Shown in pieces: positions 26,529-34,281 of a DNA stretch of 64,000 bases (its first letter is position 1; every line of letters starts with the position of its first letter). A program made the position numbers and the translations under genes. The DNA comes from an uncultured Bacteroidales bacterium (GTDB lineage Bacteria; Bacteroidota; Bacteroidia; Bacteroidales; UBA932): positions 11,234 to 75,233 of the forward strand of contig ONRD01000004.1 of the NCBI GenBank assembly GCA_900320185.1. Reading direction: 5' to 3'. The notes below the pieces were generated by a model. That model was not told the origin of the DNA. It was given only the letters and a program-made list of their open reading frames with translations, and did not search any database.

Positions 26529-28142
26529 TCACTCGACGGGATTGCCGGTGAAGTCCACCCACCGATTCTCTGCGCCCTGGTGCACCAGGGCCGCCTCCAA
26601 CCTGGCACGGGTTTTACCGGCGTCGACGGAAACATCTTTCCCTGAGATGGTTCCGATCATGTTGTTCCAGACAAGAAGGGCGCCGTCCTCTTTGAGGAGC
26701 CGGCAGGAAGCCCCCACCATCAGCTGACGGTAGACATGCTCCAGAAGGGCATCGCGGCCGGAAAGGCCTTCGGGGACGGTGATCCTGCGGATGGTGTTCC
26801 CGACGCGGAGGGTTATCTCCCCGGGGGACTCAGCGCCGCTCGCAAACGTTATCCTCGCACAGCCGTAATCTCCGCACTCCAGGCAGTAGAGAGGCCTTCC
26901 AAGGTCCTCGTCGAATATGACCTGCCCGGCATTCGGGGCTATCCTGCGTCGTTCTTCAGAGCTGTAGGAACGCTTCTGGACATTGTTCCTGGAGGTGAAG
27001 CGGCTTCCGCTCCCGCCGGCGGCCCAGAAACGCCTGTAGGGAGAATTCCCCGGGAAGGGGTTGTTCCACGAATCAGCCTCCCAGTCCTGGATGTCGTAGT
27101 CGATGTTGCCTCCCCACTGGCCGGGGACAGCCTCGCGGGCATATTCACCGCCCTGGGAGAACATCGTGGTGTAGTGCTCCATGTTGAAATTGACCAGGTC
27201 GACATTCTGGCCGTAGGGGTTTGGCCCGAAGAAAGGATAGTTGGCGGAGACTTCGTCGCAGCAGTTGATGAGGGTGATGGGATGCGCCCAGACTCCCCCT
27301 TCGGGCGTGAAGCCGTTGAACGTGTAGCCATACTTGTTGCCGATGGCGCCAAGCTGGATGCAGACTAGATGCTCGCCGCTGAGGGCGAATCCTATTCCCA
27401 GGCCGATGACATAGACCGACCTGAATATGGTCTCGCTGCCGTTGTTGGACCCCTGGAGTCCTCGGATTCCTATGCAGCCGTCCACCCCGACACGGAAAGA
27501 CTGGTCCGGGGACATGGAGCGGTTGAAAATACGGGTCCCCAGCCTCAGGTCGTCGACGTTCAGGGCCCCCAGGGCATAACCGTCGATGCAGATTATGTTC
27601 TTCTGGTTGTCCGGCAGGGAGATCGTTAGGTCGTTTACGGTGAGTTCCTGGGCCATCACGTCCCAGAACTCTTTTCCGCAGTCATCGCCGCGGATCACCG
27701 CGAAACTGCCCTCGTCCGGAAGGGCGTCGTAACACTCACGTGTGACCACGAGGTTGGTTCCCGTAACCTTCGTCTTTCCGCGCAAGTCGGGAGAATCGAA
27801 ATCGATCACTCCTCCGTTTGCACGCACGGTTCCCTGGATGCGGATCTTCGTGGCAGTTTCCAGCCGCCGGGTCTTTATGGCGTAGTCCGGCCCCTTCTCT
27901 GCCTTGTGGAAGGAGTCGATGAAATAGTTGCCTGACGCCAGGTACACCGTCCCGCCCGTCCCGACGGCGTCGATCGCCTTCTGGATGGTCTCCTGGTCAT
28001 CGTGCCCCGTACAGACGAGGTCGGCAAGGGCCTTGTCGGAAGCAGGAGAATCAGATGCGGCGACCCGCACGTCGTGCACGCCCTGGGCGCAGAGCAGCAC
28101 CGGTAAGGCAAGGGAGATCAAGGAGGTCAGGATTCTTCTCAT
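26529..28142 (-). CDS. exported right-handed beta-helix (pectate-lyase-3/GH28-related fold) protein
   Basis: Start at MRRILTSLISLALPVLLCAQG (ATG 28142), giving 537 aa. The listed ORF to 28529 is a read-through extension. The motif IQKAIDAVGTGGTVYLASGNYFI is typical of the pectate-lyase-3 N-terminus. Confidence 0.6.
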   Translation of the reverse strand: MRRILTSLISLALPVLLCAQGVHDVRVAASDSPASDKALADLVCTGHDDQETIQKAIDAVGTGGTVYLASGNYFIDSFHKAEKGPDYAIKTRRLETATKIRIQGTVRANGGVIDFDSPDLRGKTKVTGTNLVVTRECYDALPDEGSFAVIRGDDCGKEFWDVMAQELTVNDLTISLPDNQKNIICIDGYALGALNVDDLRLGTRIFNRSMSPDQSFRVGVDGCIGIRGLQGSNNGSETIFRSVYVIGLGIGFALSGEHLVCIQLGAIGNKYGYTFNGFTPEGGVWAHPITLINCCDEVSANYPFFGPNPYGQNVDLVNFNMEHYTTMFSQGGEYAREAVPGQWGGNIDYDIQDWEADSWNNPFPGNSPYRRFWAAGGSGSRFTSRNNVQKRSYSSEERRRIAPNAGQVIFDEDLGRPLYCLECGDYGCARITFASGAESPGEITLRVGNTIRRITVPEGLSGRDALLEHVYRQLMVGASCRLLKEDGALLVWNNMIGTISGKDVSVDAGKTRARLEAALVHQGAENRWVDFTGNPVE

Positions 28143-28313
28143 GATGCGTTCGTTGCAGGTTTGAGCCGGCGGCTTGAAACCTTCCGCCACGGCACACGAA
28201 GATAGCAAATAAATATGTCCGAACCAACCCCCGTGGAAGCGGTCGTGAAGGAGCCCTCCCTCCCTGGCGGGCGTCGATTGCAGGTTTTCCTTGCAAAAAC
28301 CGGGGATATTCAG

Positions 28314-28321
28314 TAGATTTG
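28314..28321 (+). promoter_or_regulatory. candidate -7 box TAGATTTG
   Basis: An exact TAnnTTTG match 26 nt upstream of the ATG at 28348. Confidence 0.45.
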
Positions 28322-28347
28322 GGTTTTCGCAACTAAAACCCTGCATC

Positions 28348-28983
28348 ATGAACTTCTTCAAGAAAGCCATCTCCTGCCTGTTTGCAGCAATGCTGGCGGG
28401 AACCCTTCTCATTGCCCAGACGCCTGATGAAATCATCGCCCGGATGAACCAGGAGCAAAAACGCTTCGACTCGGAAGGGATGTCGATGATAATGGAAATC
28501 AAGTTCCCCATCATCGGCACCTTCGGCACGACGATCTACATGCTGGGCGACAAGTACAAGATGATCACGGAAGTCAAGGGAAACCTAACCACCCACTGGT
28601 CCGACGGTGTCACGGACTGGGAGTATGACTCGAGCGACAATGAGATCACCATAGAGAAGGCCAAACCGTCCGGGAAGGGCGAGGCCGAGAGCAACATGAA
28701 GATGCTGGAGGGCGTCACCGACGGGTACGATGTCAAACTGACGAAGGAGACGGACGAAGCCTGGTATTTCCACTGCAAGAAATCGAAGTCCAACAAGGAC
28801 AAGTCCGACATCAAGGCAATGGACCTGGTCGTGTCCAAGGCAACCTACCTTCCTCTCAGCGTCAAGGCCAAGGAGAACGGGATTACCGTGATACTGCGCG
28901 ATTTCGCCGTCGGAGTGAGCGAGAAGGACGTGACCTTCGACCCGGCCGATTATCCAGGTGCAAAGATCGTAGACAAAAGATAA
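28348..28983 (+). CDS. outer-membrane lipoprotein-sorting (LolA-like) family protein
   Basis: Start at MNFFKKAISCLFAAMLAGTLLIAQ, giving 211 aa. The pattern TPDEIIARMNQE..GMSMIMEIKFPIIG matches LolA-like proteins of Bacteroidales (from memory). Confidence 0.55.
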   Translation: MNFFKKAISCLFAAMLAGTLLIAQTPDEIIARMNQEQKRFDSEGMSMIMEIKFPIIGTFGTTIYMLGDKYKMITEVKGNLTTHWSDGVTDWEYDSSDNEITIEKAKPSGKGEAESNMKMLEGVTDGYDVKLTKETDEAWYFHCKKSKSNKDKSDIKAMDLVVSKATYLPLSVKAKENGITVILRDFAVGVSEKDVTFDPADYPGAKIVDKR

Positions 28984-28992
28984 TACCTCCCC

Positions 28993-29406
28993 ATGAAAAG
29001 GATCGTTACCATTCTTTCAGCCCTTGCGCTGCTGCTTTGCGGATGCTCCCCCAGGATAGCCGGAGGCATCCAGGCCGAAAGCATTCCTGAAGACCACCCC
29101 GGCTACGCCGTAATCTACTTCTACCGCACCGGCAACTTTGTCAAGACTCCGTACAACGTCCATCTCGGCGACGAGGTCGTGTACCGTTCAAAGAACAACA
29201 CAAAGGCTGTCGTCAAGGTGGACAAGCCTGGCACCTATGAGATCTGGGGAAAGACAGAGAGCCGTGAAAGCCTCACCCTGGACATCGAGCCCGGGAAGGA
29301 CTACTACGTCAAGACCTTCGTCCACATGGGAGTGGCCATCTGGCGTCCTTCCCTGGAACTGGTCTCCCCGGAACGGGGCAAGGCTGAATGGGACTCCATC
29401 CGGTAG
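28993..29406 (+). CDS. DUF2846-family lipoprotein
   Basis: 137 aa with lipobox LLLCGCS. The motifs YAVIYFYR and GKDYYVK are typical of DUF2846. Confidence 0.6.
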   Translation: MKRIVTILSALALLLCGCSPRIAGGIQAESIPEDHPGYAVIYFYRTGNFVKTPYNVHLGDEVVYRSKNNTKAVVKVDKPGTYEIWGKTESRESLTLDIEPGKDYYVKTFVHMGVAIWRPSLELVSPERGKAEWDSIR

Positions 29407-29442
29407 GCCTGGTTCCGGTTATTTTCAATCCAGGGCCTTTTT
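29406..29442 (+). terminator. candidate rho-independent terminator
   Basis: GGCCTGG ... CCAGGGCC forms 7 bp with one bulge and a 17-nt loop, followed by TTTTTA, directly after the stop codon. Confidence 0.45.
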
Positions 29443-29556
29443 ATCCGTTACCTTGCGTCAGCGGAATCGGCATGCCCCTGGGGGCGGCTGCGAAGCAGCG
29501 GGGGATAAAAGGATAGCGGCGCTCTTTGGCGCCGCTAATCCCGAACGAACCGCGAA

Positions 29557-29573
29557 GCGGTGAGTGAGGGATT
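29557..29573 (-). repeat. 17-nt direct copy of the tRNA-Ser 3' end (T-loop 3' half to discriminator +1)
   Basis: GCGGTGAGTGAGGGATT is identical to 29751..29767 in the same orientation, and the flanking bases differ on both sides. Confidence 0.85.
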
Positions 29574-29703
29574 AGTCCCGCTTCGCGGGCCTTTTCCCTT
29601 GGTCACCGAGAGCAATGCAAATCCGGGGGCGTGGCTGCGCCACTCCTTTTACATGCCGTCACACCCTTATGAAAGCAAGCTTTCAACGGGCGCGCCGTCA
29701 CGC

Positions 29704-29728
29704 AAAAACGCCGCACTGTCGTGCGGCG
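29704..29728 (-). terminator. rho-independent terminator of tRNA-Ser
   Basis: On the minus strand: an 8-bp GC stem (CGCCGCAC GACA GTGCGGCG) followed by TTTTT, beginning 23 nt after the tRNA 3' end. Confidence 0.7.
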
Positions 29729-29751
29729 CCCTTGATTTGCATTGCATTGCG

Positions 29752-29836
29752 CGGTGAGTGAGGGATTCGAACCCCCGGTACGTTGCCGTACACCTGTTTT
29801 CGAGGCAGGCTCCTTCAACCACTCGGACAACTCACC
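29752..29836 (-). tRNA. tRNA-Ser (anticodon CGA), class II with a long variable arm; CCA not encoded
   Basis: Folded by hand. The acceptor is GGTGAGT/ACTCACC, with discriminator G. The D arm is TCC..GGA. The anticodon loop is CTCGAAA. The variable arm is GTACG-GCAA-CGTAC. The T arm is GGGGG-TTCGAAT-CCCTC. Confidence 0.9.
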
Positions 29837-29903
29837 AATCTGTCAAACGGAACCGGAGGGGCTCCTTTTTGCAGGGGCAAAAATAGTAAATATTCAAGAA
29901 TAT

Positions 29904-30782
29904 TCAAATTTTGCCGGTTTTCTTGATCTCCTGCAGCGACAGCGAGAGACTGACTGCCATCTGGGCGAAGATGTAGGTGGACATCACGATGAATCCTCGC
30001 CTGGGGATGGCAAGGTCCGTAAAGGCCCCGACGGCGACGAAGGCATCGGAGACAGCAAATACAATGAATCCGGCTGCGGTGAGAAGGTAAAGCGCCGGAG
30101 AAGACAAGGCAGCTGGCGAGGCCTTTCCCGGAACGCCAGGGACATCGACCGCCGTTGCTGGCATGGACGTACAGCGGGCAGTGAAGGCTGCGACGATGCT
30201 GGCATGGATGAGGAGAGCGAAGGCGCATGCATAGACAATGACGGCGACCTTCATCGCTCCTTCCGCAGGGAAGAGCCCGGCCACGTAGACCACGCAGGCC
30301 AGAAGGCATGCCAGAAGAAGCAGGGACAGTACGATACCGGCCTGGGACCGGCGGCACTTATCTCCATCACCGGCAAGGGAAGCCACTTCCCCGGATGGCG
30401 GAACGGTCCCGGCGAAGACGCCGGGGCCGGAAGGGACCGTGAACCTGAAAGGAGAAGGCAAAGTCAGGTAATAGAGGACATGACCTGCGAGGAACGAGAG
30501 CATCCCGGCGAGGAACCACCAAGTCCCGGAAAACATCAGGAGGATGTCCCCGAGAGCTCCGAAGAGCAGTGCCGCGACTATCTTGGTCCTGCCGGCACCG
30601 CGAACCCCGCAGCCGGTCATCAGAAGGTAGGCCGTAAGTGCAAGGAGAGGCATCAGGAGCGGCTTCGAGGCCACGGTCAACGGATGACAGCCTGTCCAGT
30701 GGCCGGCAAGGTTGGCCGCCACGGGGATCCACACCAGGTTCATCAGGACGGCGCGCAGGCGGTTCTTTCCAACAGTCTCCAT
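29904..30782 (-). CDS. YhhN-family membrane protein (lysoplasmalogenase-like)
   Basis: Polytopic membrane protein with motifs ..KPLLMPLLAL.. and ..LLFGALGDILLM..FLAGMLSFLAGHVLY. Start taken at METVGKN (30782). The alternative at 30818 would overlap purN by 20 nt. Confidence 0.7.
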   Translation of the reverse strand: METVGKNRLRAVLMNLVWIPVAANLAGHWTGCHPLTVASKPLLMPLLALTAYLLMTGCGVRGAGRTKIVAALLFGALGDILLMFSGTWWFLAGMLSFLAGHVLYYLTLPSPFRFTVPSGPGVFAGTVPPSGEVASLAGDGDKCRRSQAGIVLSLLLLACLLACVVYVAGLFPAEGAMKVAVIVYACAFALLIHASIVAAFTARCTSMPATAVDVPGVPGKASPAALSSPALYLLTAAGFIVFAVSDAFVAVGAFTDLAIPRRGFIVMSTYIFAQMAVSLSLSLQEIKKTGKI

Positions 30783-30798
30783 CTTAGTCCCCATGCTT

Positions 30799-31392
30799 TC
30801 AGAAAGCCTTCCTGTCAAGTTTGAAACGTTCTACGATGGTGTCCTCGACGACTTTGGGAAAATGCTCCATCTCGAGCACATGCTCCTTGGCGGCTATGTC
30901 CTCAGGTGTGTCGGACGGATCCAAGTGGGTGCTGAAACGGGCGATTATCTCTCCTCCGTCCACCTCGGGACTCACCCAGTGGACAGTCATCCCGGTCTCG
31001 GACTCCCCCGCCGCCTTCACGGCCTCGTGGACATGGTGTCCGTACATCCCTATCCCGCCGAATTTCGGAAGAAGGGCCGGATGGAGGTTGATTATCCTCC
31101 GCGGATACTCGACCAGGAGGAAGTCGGGCACTACCAGGAGGAAGCCGGCAAGGACTATGAAATCGATGTCGTAGGCATCCATCAAGGGAAGCAACCTTGC
31201 CCCGTCGTTGAACTCCGCCCTGGACAGCACTTCCACCGGGACTCCCAGCCTGCGGGCCTTCCCGACAGCAGGAGCATCGGCCTTGTTGCTGAGGACCAAG
31301 GCTATCCGGATCTGTCCGTTACCCTGGAAATACTTGATTATGTTCTCGCAGTTCGTTCCGCCGCCGGAGACGAAGACAGCCACGTTGACCAT
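30799..31392 (-). CDS. purN: phosphoribosylglycinamide formyltransferase
   Basis: 197 aa with the motifs VFVSGGGTN, INLHPALLPKFGG and MTVHWVSPEVDGGEII. Confidence 0.9.
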   Translation of the reverse strand: MVNVAVFVSGGGTNCENIIKYFQGNGQIRIALVLSNKADAPAVGKARRLGVPVEVLSRAEFNDGARLLPLMDAYDIDFIVLAGFLLVVPDFLLVEYPRRIINLHPALLPKFGGIGMYGHHVHEAVKAAGESETGMTVHWVSPEVDGGEIIARFSTHLDPSDTPEDIAAKEHVLEMEHFPKVVEDTIVERFKLDRKAF

Positions 31393-31399
31393 ATTCTCA

Positions 31400-34108
31400 T
31401 CATTTTTCTTCCCCCGGAAAAGGCGCCTGCTTTATGTAGACGTCCTGCTGAGGGAACGGGATTTCTATGTTATTATCGCGAAGCGCCTTGTAGATAAGTT
31501 CGTTCGCTTTTGCGATGTAGTTGTACCTCTGCTCGACCACCACGTACTGCTTGACCATGAGATTGACGCTGTTGTCGCCGAAGTCATTGAGGGTTATCTG
31601 TATGCCGTAGCCCGGCTTCACCATCTCACGGCCGAACTTGTCCGGCCTGCAAAGAGGAGCGAGCGCCTTGACTATCACTTTCCTGGCCTTCTCGACATCT
31701 GTACCGTAGGCGACTCCCACAGGCATGGCCACATATTCATAGGAATCGCTCTTCGTAAGGTTCTTGAAAGTCTTGGAGAACAGAGTCGTGTTCGGGAAGG
31801 CGATAAGGCTGCCGTCAATTGCCTTAAGGGTGGTGGTCTGGTAGTTGATGCTGTCCACGGTGCCGCGTATGCCGTCACACTCTATCGTGTCGCCTACCCT
31901 CATGCGGCCTCCCATCAGCTGGACACCGTAGAAGAAGTTGTTGAGGATGTCCTTCATTGCGAATCCGAGACCGGCTGCAAGTCCGGCCGTGACCATGGAG
32001 AGAGAAGAGGTGGGGATCTTCAGGAGGACGATGGTGGTTATGACGTAGGCGCCCCAGCCGAGGAGGGCGATGACGTTGTTGGCAAGGGTCAGGTTGACTT
32101 CATTCTCCCTGAGCAGGCCGGTCGCGGACTTGGAGACCTTCGACCTTATCTTGTAGATGCGGTAGAGGGACTTGCACAGGTAGATGAGATAGTTGAACAC
32201 GAAGTAGAGCCCGACGGCGACGATCACCATGTAGAGGGAAACCTTGATGAACTTGGTGTCGAGGAAAGGATAGTAGAAGGCATTCATCACTATCTCGGTC
32301 AGGTCGAACACCTTGGAAGCCATGAAAAGGCAGAAGGGCACGGAGAGGAGCGCCAGGAGAGGCACTACCACCATGTCGACGAGGTCATAGAACCAGGTTA
32401 CGAGGATGTAGGCGCCCTTGTCCTTGCCGATATCCGTGAAATGCTTCATCCTGTAGGCCCTCACCAGTTTGTCGACGGTCCTGCGCCGGTATTTCTTGAG
32501 AAGGTCGTTGACCGAGATTATGAGCTGGAGGAGGATCAGTTGGAATATCCACCAGATGTAGACCTGGAGTCCCATGAGCGAGTAGCCTGCCAGGGACATG
32601 GCGAACACGCAGGCAGTGACCACGAGTGAAGCGATGGCGAAATACTTGTCCACCTTGGGCACCCTGTCGCTGTTGTTCCTGTAGGCGACGGCCTGCCAGG
32701 TCCCGAACGCCAGGAGCACCGGAGGGAACAGGAGCGAGATCAGGCTGTTGGGAATGAATATGATCCTGAAGGTGATCACGAGCAGGCCAAGCATCATCAC
32801 CGGGGAATACAGCCTGAGGCCATTGTTGACCTGGTTGCCGGCGAAGCGGATGAGGATGGAGGATAGGATGGCAACGAGCAGCAACGCGTACTCCAGGAGC
32901 AGGCCGGAAGCCATCCTGAAGAAGTTGGTCCCGAGTGCACCGGTGTACCTGGCCACGGACACGACGATTACGAACAGCACCACGGCCGCAAGCATTATGA
33001 TCGCCAGCTCACGCCTTTCGAAACTGCTTGTCTGGAAGACTTTCACCCGGCGCTTGAGAATCTTGATCACGAAGAAGCTCAAGGCTACCGCAAGTATGAG
33101 GTAGACCAGGATTATGGAAGAGAATCCAACCACCATGGGGCCCCGCCACTCGGACTGGACGCGGCTGTTGAAATAGTCCCTGCCATATTTGTCGCGGAAG
33201 TCCCCCGCCGCCCGTGACGAATAGGTCTTGAAATGCTTGATGACATTCCAGTAGTTCCTCTGCCCGTCGGTGAATATTTTCTTCTGGACCAGCTTGTAGC
33301 GTTCCTGGGCATAGTCATATGCATCCTTGAGCCGCTTGTTGGTGGTTTCATAATGTTCGTTGTCCTCGACCATGTGGTCACGCAGGTCGGTGAACATCTT
33401 AAGGATCTTGGACGCATAGAAAACACAGCTGTCCCGGTCCTGCCTGGCCAGGCTGTCCAGTTCGAAGGTACCATGGTGATGCCCCTCATCTTCTTCATCT
33501 TCCTCTTCGCCGAAATGCTCTTCGTCCATGCCGACTACGCCGGGATCCGCATCGTGATGATGTCCGGCATGGTCCGGGTCGTGGGCGTGCTGGGATGCAT
33601 AGGAAAGGTTGGGAAGCACCTTGTCGAACTGGAGCGTCATCGCCAGTGAATCCAGAATGCCGGGTCCAAGGCTGTCCGGGATCTCGACGAGCGAAGGAGG
33701 AAGCATGCTCAAGGTCTTCACGAGCCTTTCGTACCGCTCTATCTCGACGTTGAAATAGGTTATGATGTTGTCGTACGGCATCCGGTTGGCCGTGAAACTG
33801 TGGTACTGGTCGGTCACCTGCTGCAGGGCATAGGTAAGGTCGAAGGTGAAGTCCTGCTTCTGGGAATAGAGCATCAGCGACAACTCGTTGCAGTTCTGGA
33901 TGAGGCTTACCAGCTGCTCATGCTGTTTCTCATCCTGCTTCTCGAACCCGATCTGGCGCTGTTCCATCTCGTTGTAAGCCTTGAACAGCTCGTAGCGAAG
34001 TACCTTGAGCGTCTGTGCAAGGTTCTTTTCGTTGAAAACCGCGCGTGCAGAGGGCGCCATGAAGATGGCGACCATGAGCGCCAGTATGAACTTCCTTGTC
34101 CTTTTCAT
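31400..34108 (-). CDS. large mechanosensitive ion channel family protein (MscS/MscK-like)
   Basis: Start at MKRTRKFILALMVAIFMAPSARA (ATG 34108), giving 902 aa. It has an N-terminal exported helical domain, multiple TM segments and an MscS core (..MGGRMRVGDTIECDGIRGTVDSINYQTTTL..). Confidence 0.85.
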   Translation of the reverse strand: MKRTRKFILALMVAIFMAPSARAVFNEKNLAQTLKVLRYELFKAYNEMEQRQIGFEKQDEKQHEQLVSLIQNCNELSLMLYSQKQDFTFDLTYALQQVTDQYHSFTANRMPYDNIITYFNVEIERYERLVKTLSMLPPSLVEIPDSLGPGILDSLAMTLQFDKVLPNLSYASQHAHDPDHAGHHHDADPGVVGMDEEHFGEEEDEEDEGHHHGTFELDSLARQDRDSCVFYASKILKMFTDLRDHMVEDNEHYETTNKRLKDAYDYAQERYKLVQKKIFTDGQRNYWNVIKHFKTYSSRAAGDFRDKYGRDYFNSRVQSEWRGPMVVGFSSIILVYLILAVALSFFVIKILKRRVKVFQTSSFERRELAIIMLAAVVLFVIVVSVARYTGALGTNFFRMASGLLLEYALLLVAILSSILIRFAGNQVNNGLRLYSPVMMLGLLVITFRIIFIPNSLISLLFPPVLLAFGTWQAVAYRNNSDRVPKVDKYFAIASLVVTACVFAMSLAGYSLMGLQVYIWWIFQLILLQLIISVNDLLKKYRRRTVDKLVRAYRMKHFTDIGKDKGAYILVTWFYDLVDMVVVPLLALLSVPFCLFMASKVFDLTEIVMNAFYYPFLDTKFIKVSLYMVIVAVGLYFVFNYLIYLCKSLYRIYKIRSKVSKSATGLLRENEVNLTLANNVIALLGWGAYVITTIVLLKIPTSSLSMVTAGLAAGLGFAMKDILNNFFYGVQLMGGRMRVGDTIECDGIRGTVDSINYQTTTLKAIDGSLIAFPNTTLFSKTFKNLTKSDSYEYVAMPVGVAYGTDVEKARKVIVKALAPLCRPDKFGREMVKPGYGIQITLNDFGDNSVNLMVKQYVVVEQRYNYIAKANELIYKALRDNNIEIPFPQQDVYIKQAPFPGEEK

Positions 34109-34195
34109 CCGGTATTGTCTTGTGTTCCTCCCTGTCGTAGACCGCATCAAGCTAAAAAACAGAAAAAACAATAAAACTTTTCTTGCGGCATCTTA

Positions 34196-34203
34196 CAAAG
34201 TTA
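34196..34203 (-). promoter_or_regulatory. candidate -7 box TAACTTTG (would serve the MscS-like gene)
   Basis: An exact TAnnTTTG match on the minus strand in the divergent spacer. It lies 88 nt from the ATG at 34108, which is a long leader. Confidence 0.3.
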
Positions 34204-34281
34204 AGAAAAACCCCGTCAAGAATGCATAATCTCCGGAAAAAAGTCTCATCTTTGCAACCACTTATCATTCCAGCACGAACG

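Noticed and set aside
29470-29700. tmRNA, RNase P RNA, SRP RNA or 6S RNA in the spacer next to tRNA-Ser (the region starts with GGGGCGGC).
   Set aside because: There is no tRNA-like 3' end (GGTTCGAATCC...CCA). There is no RNase P GAGGAAAGTCC motif or SRP GGAA/AGCA domain IV motif. The region is too short for tmRNA or RNase P RNA.
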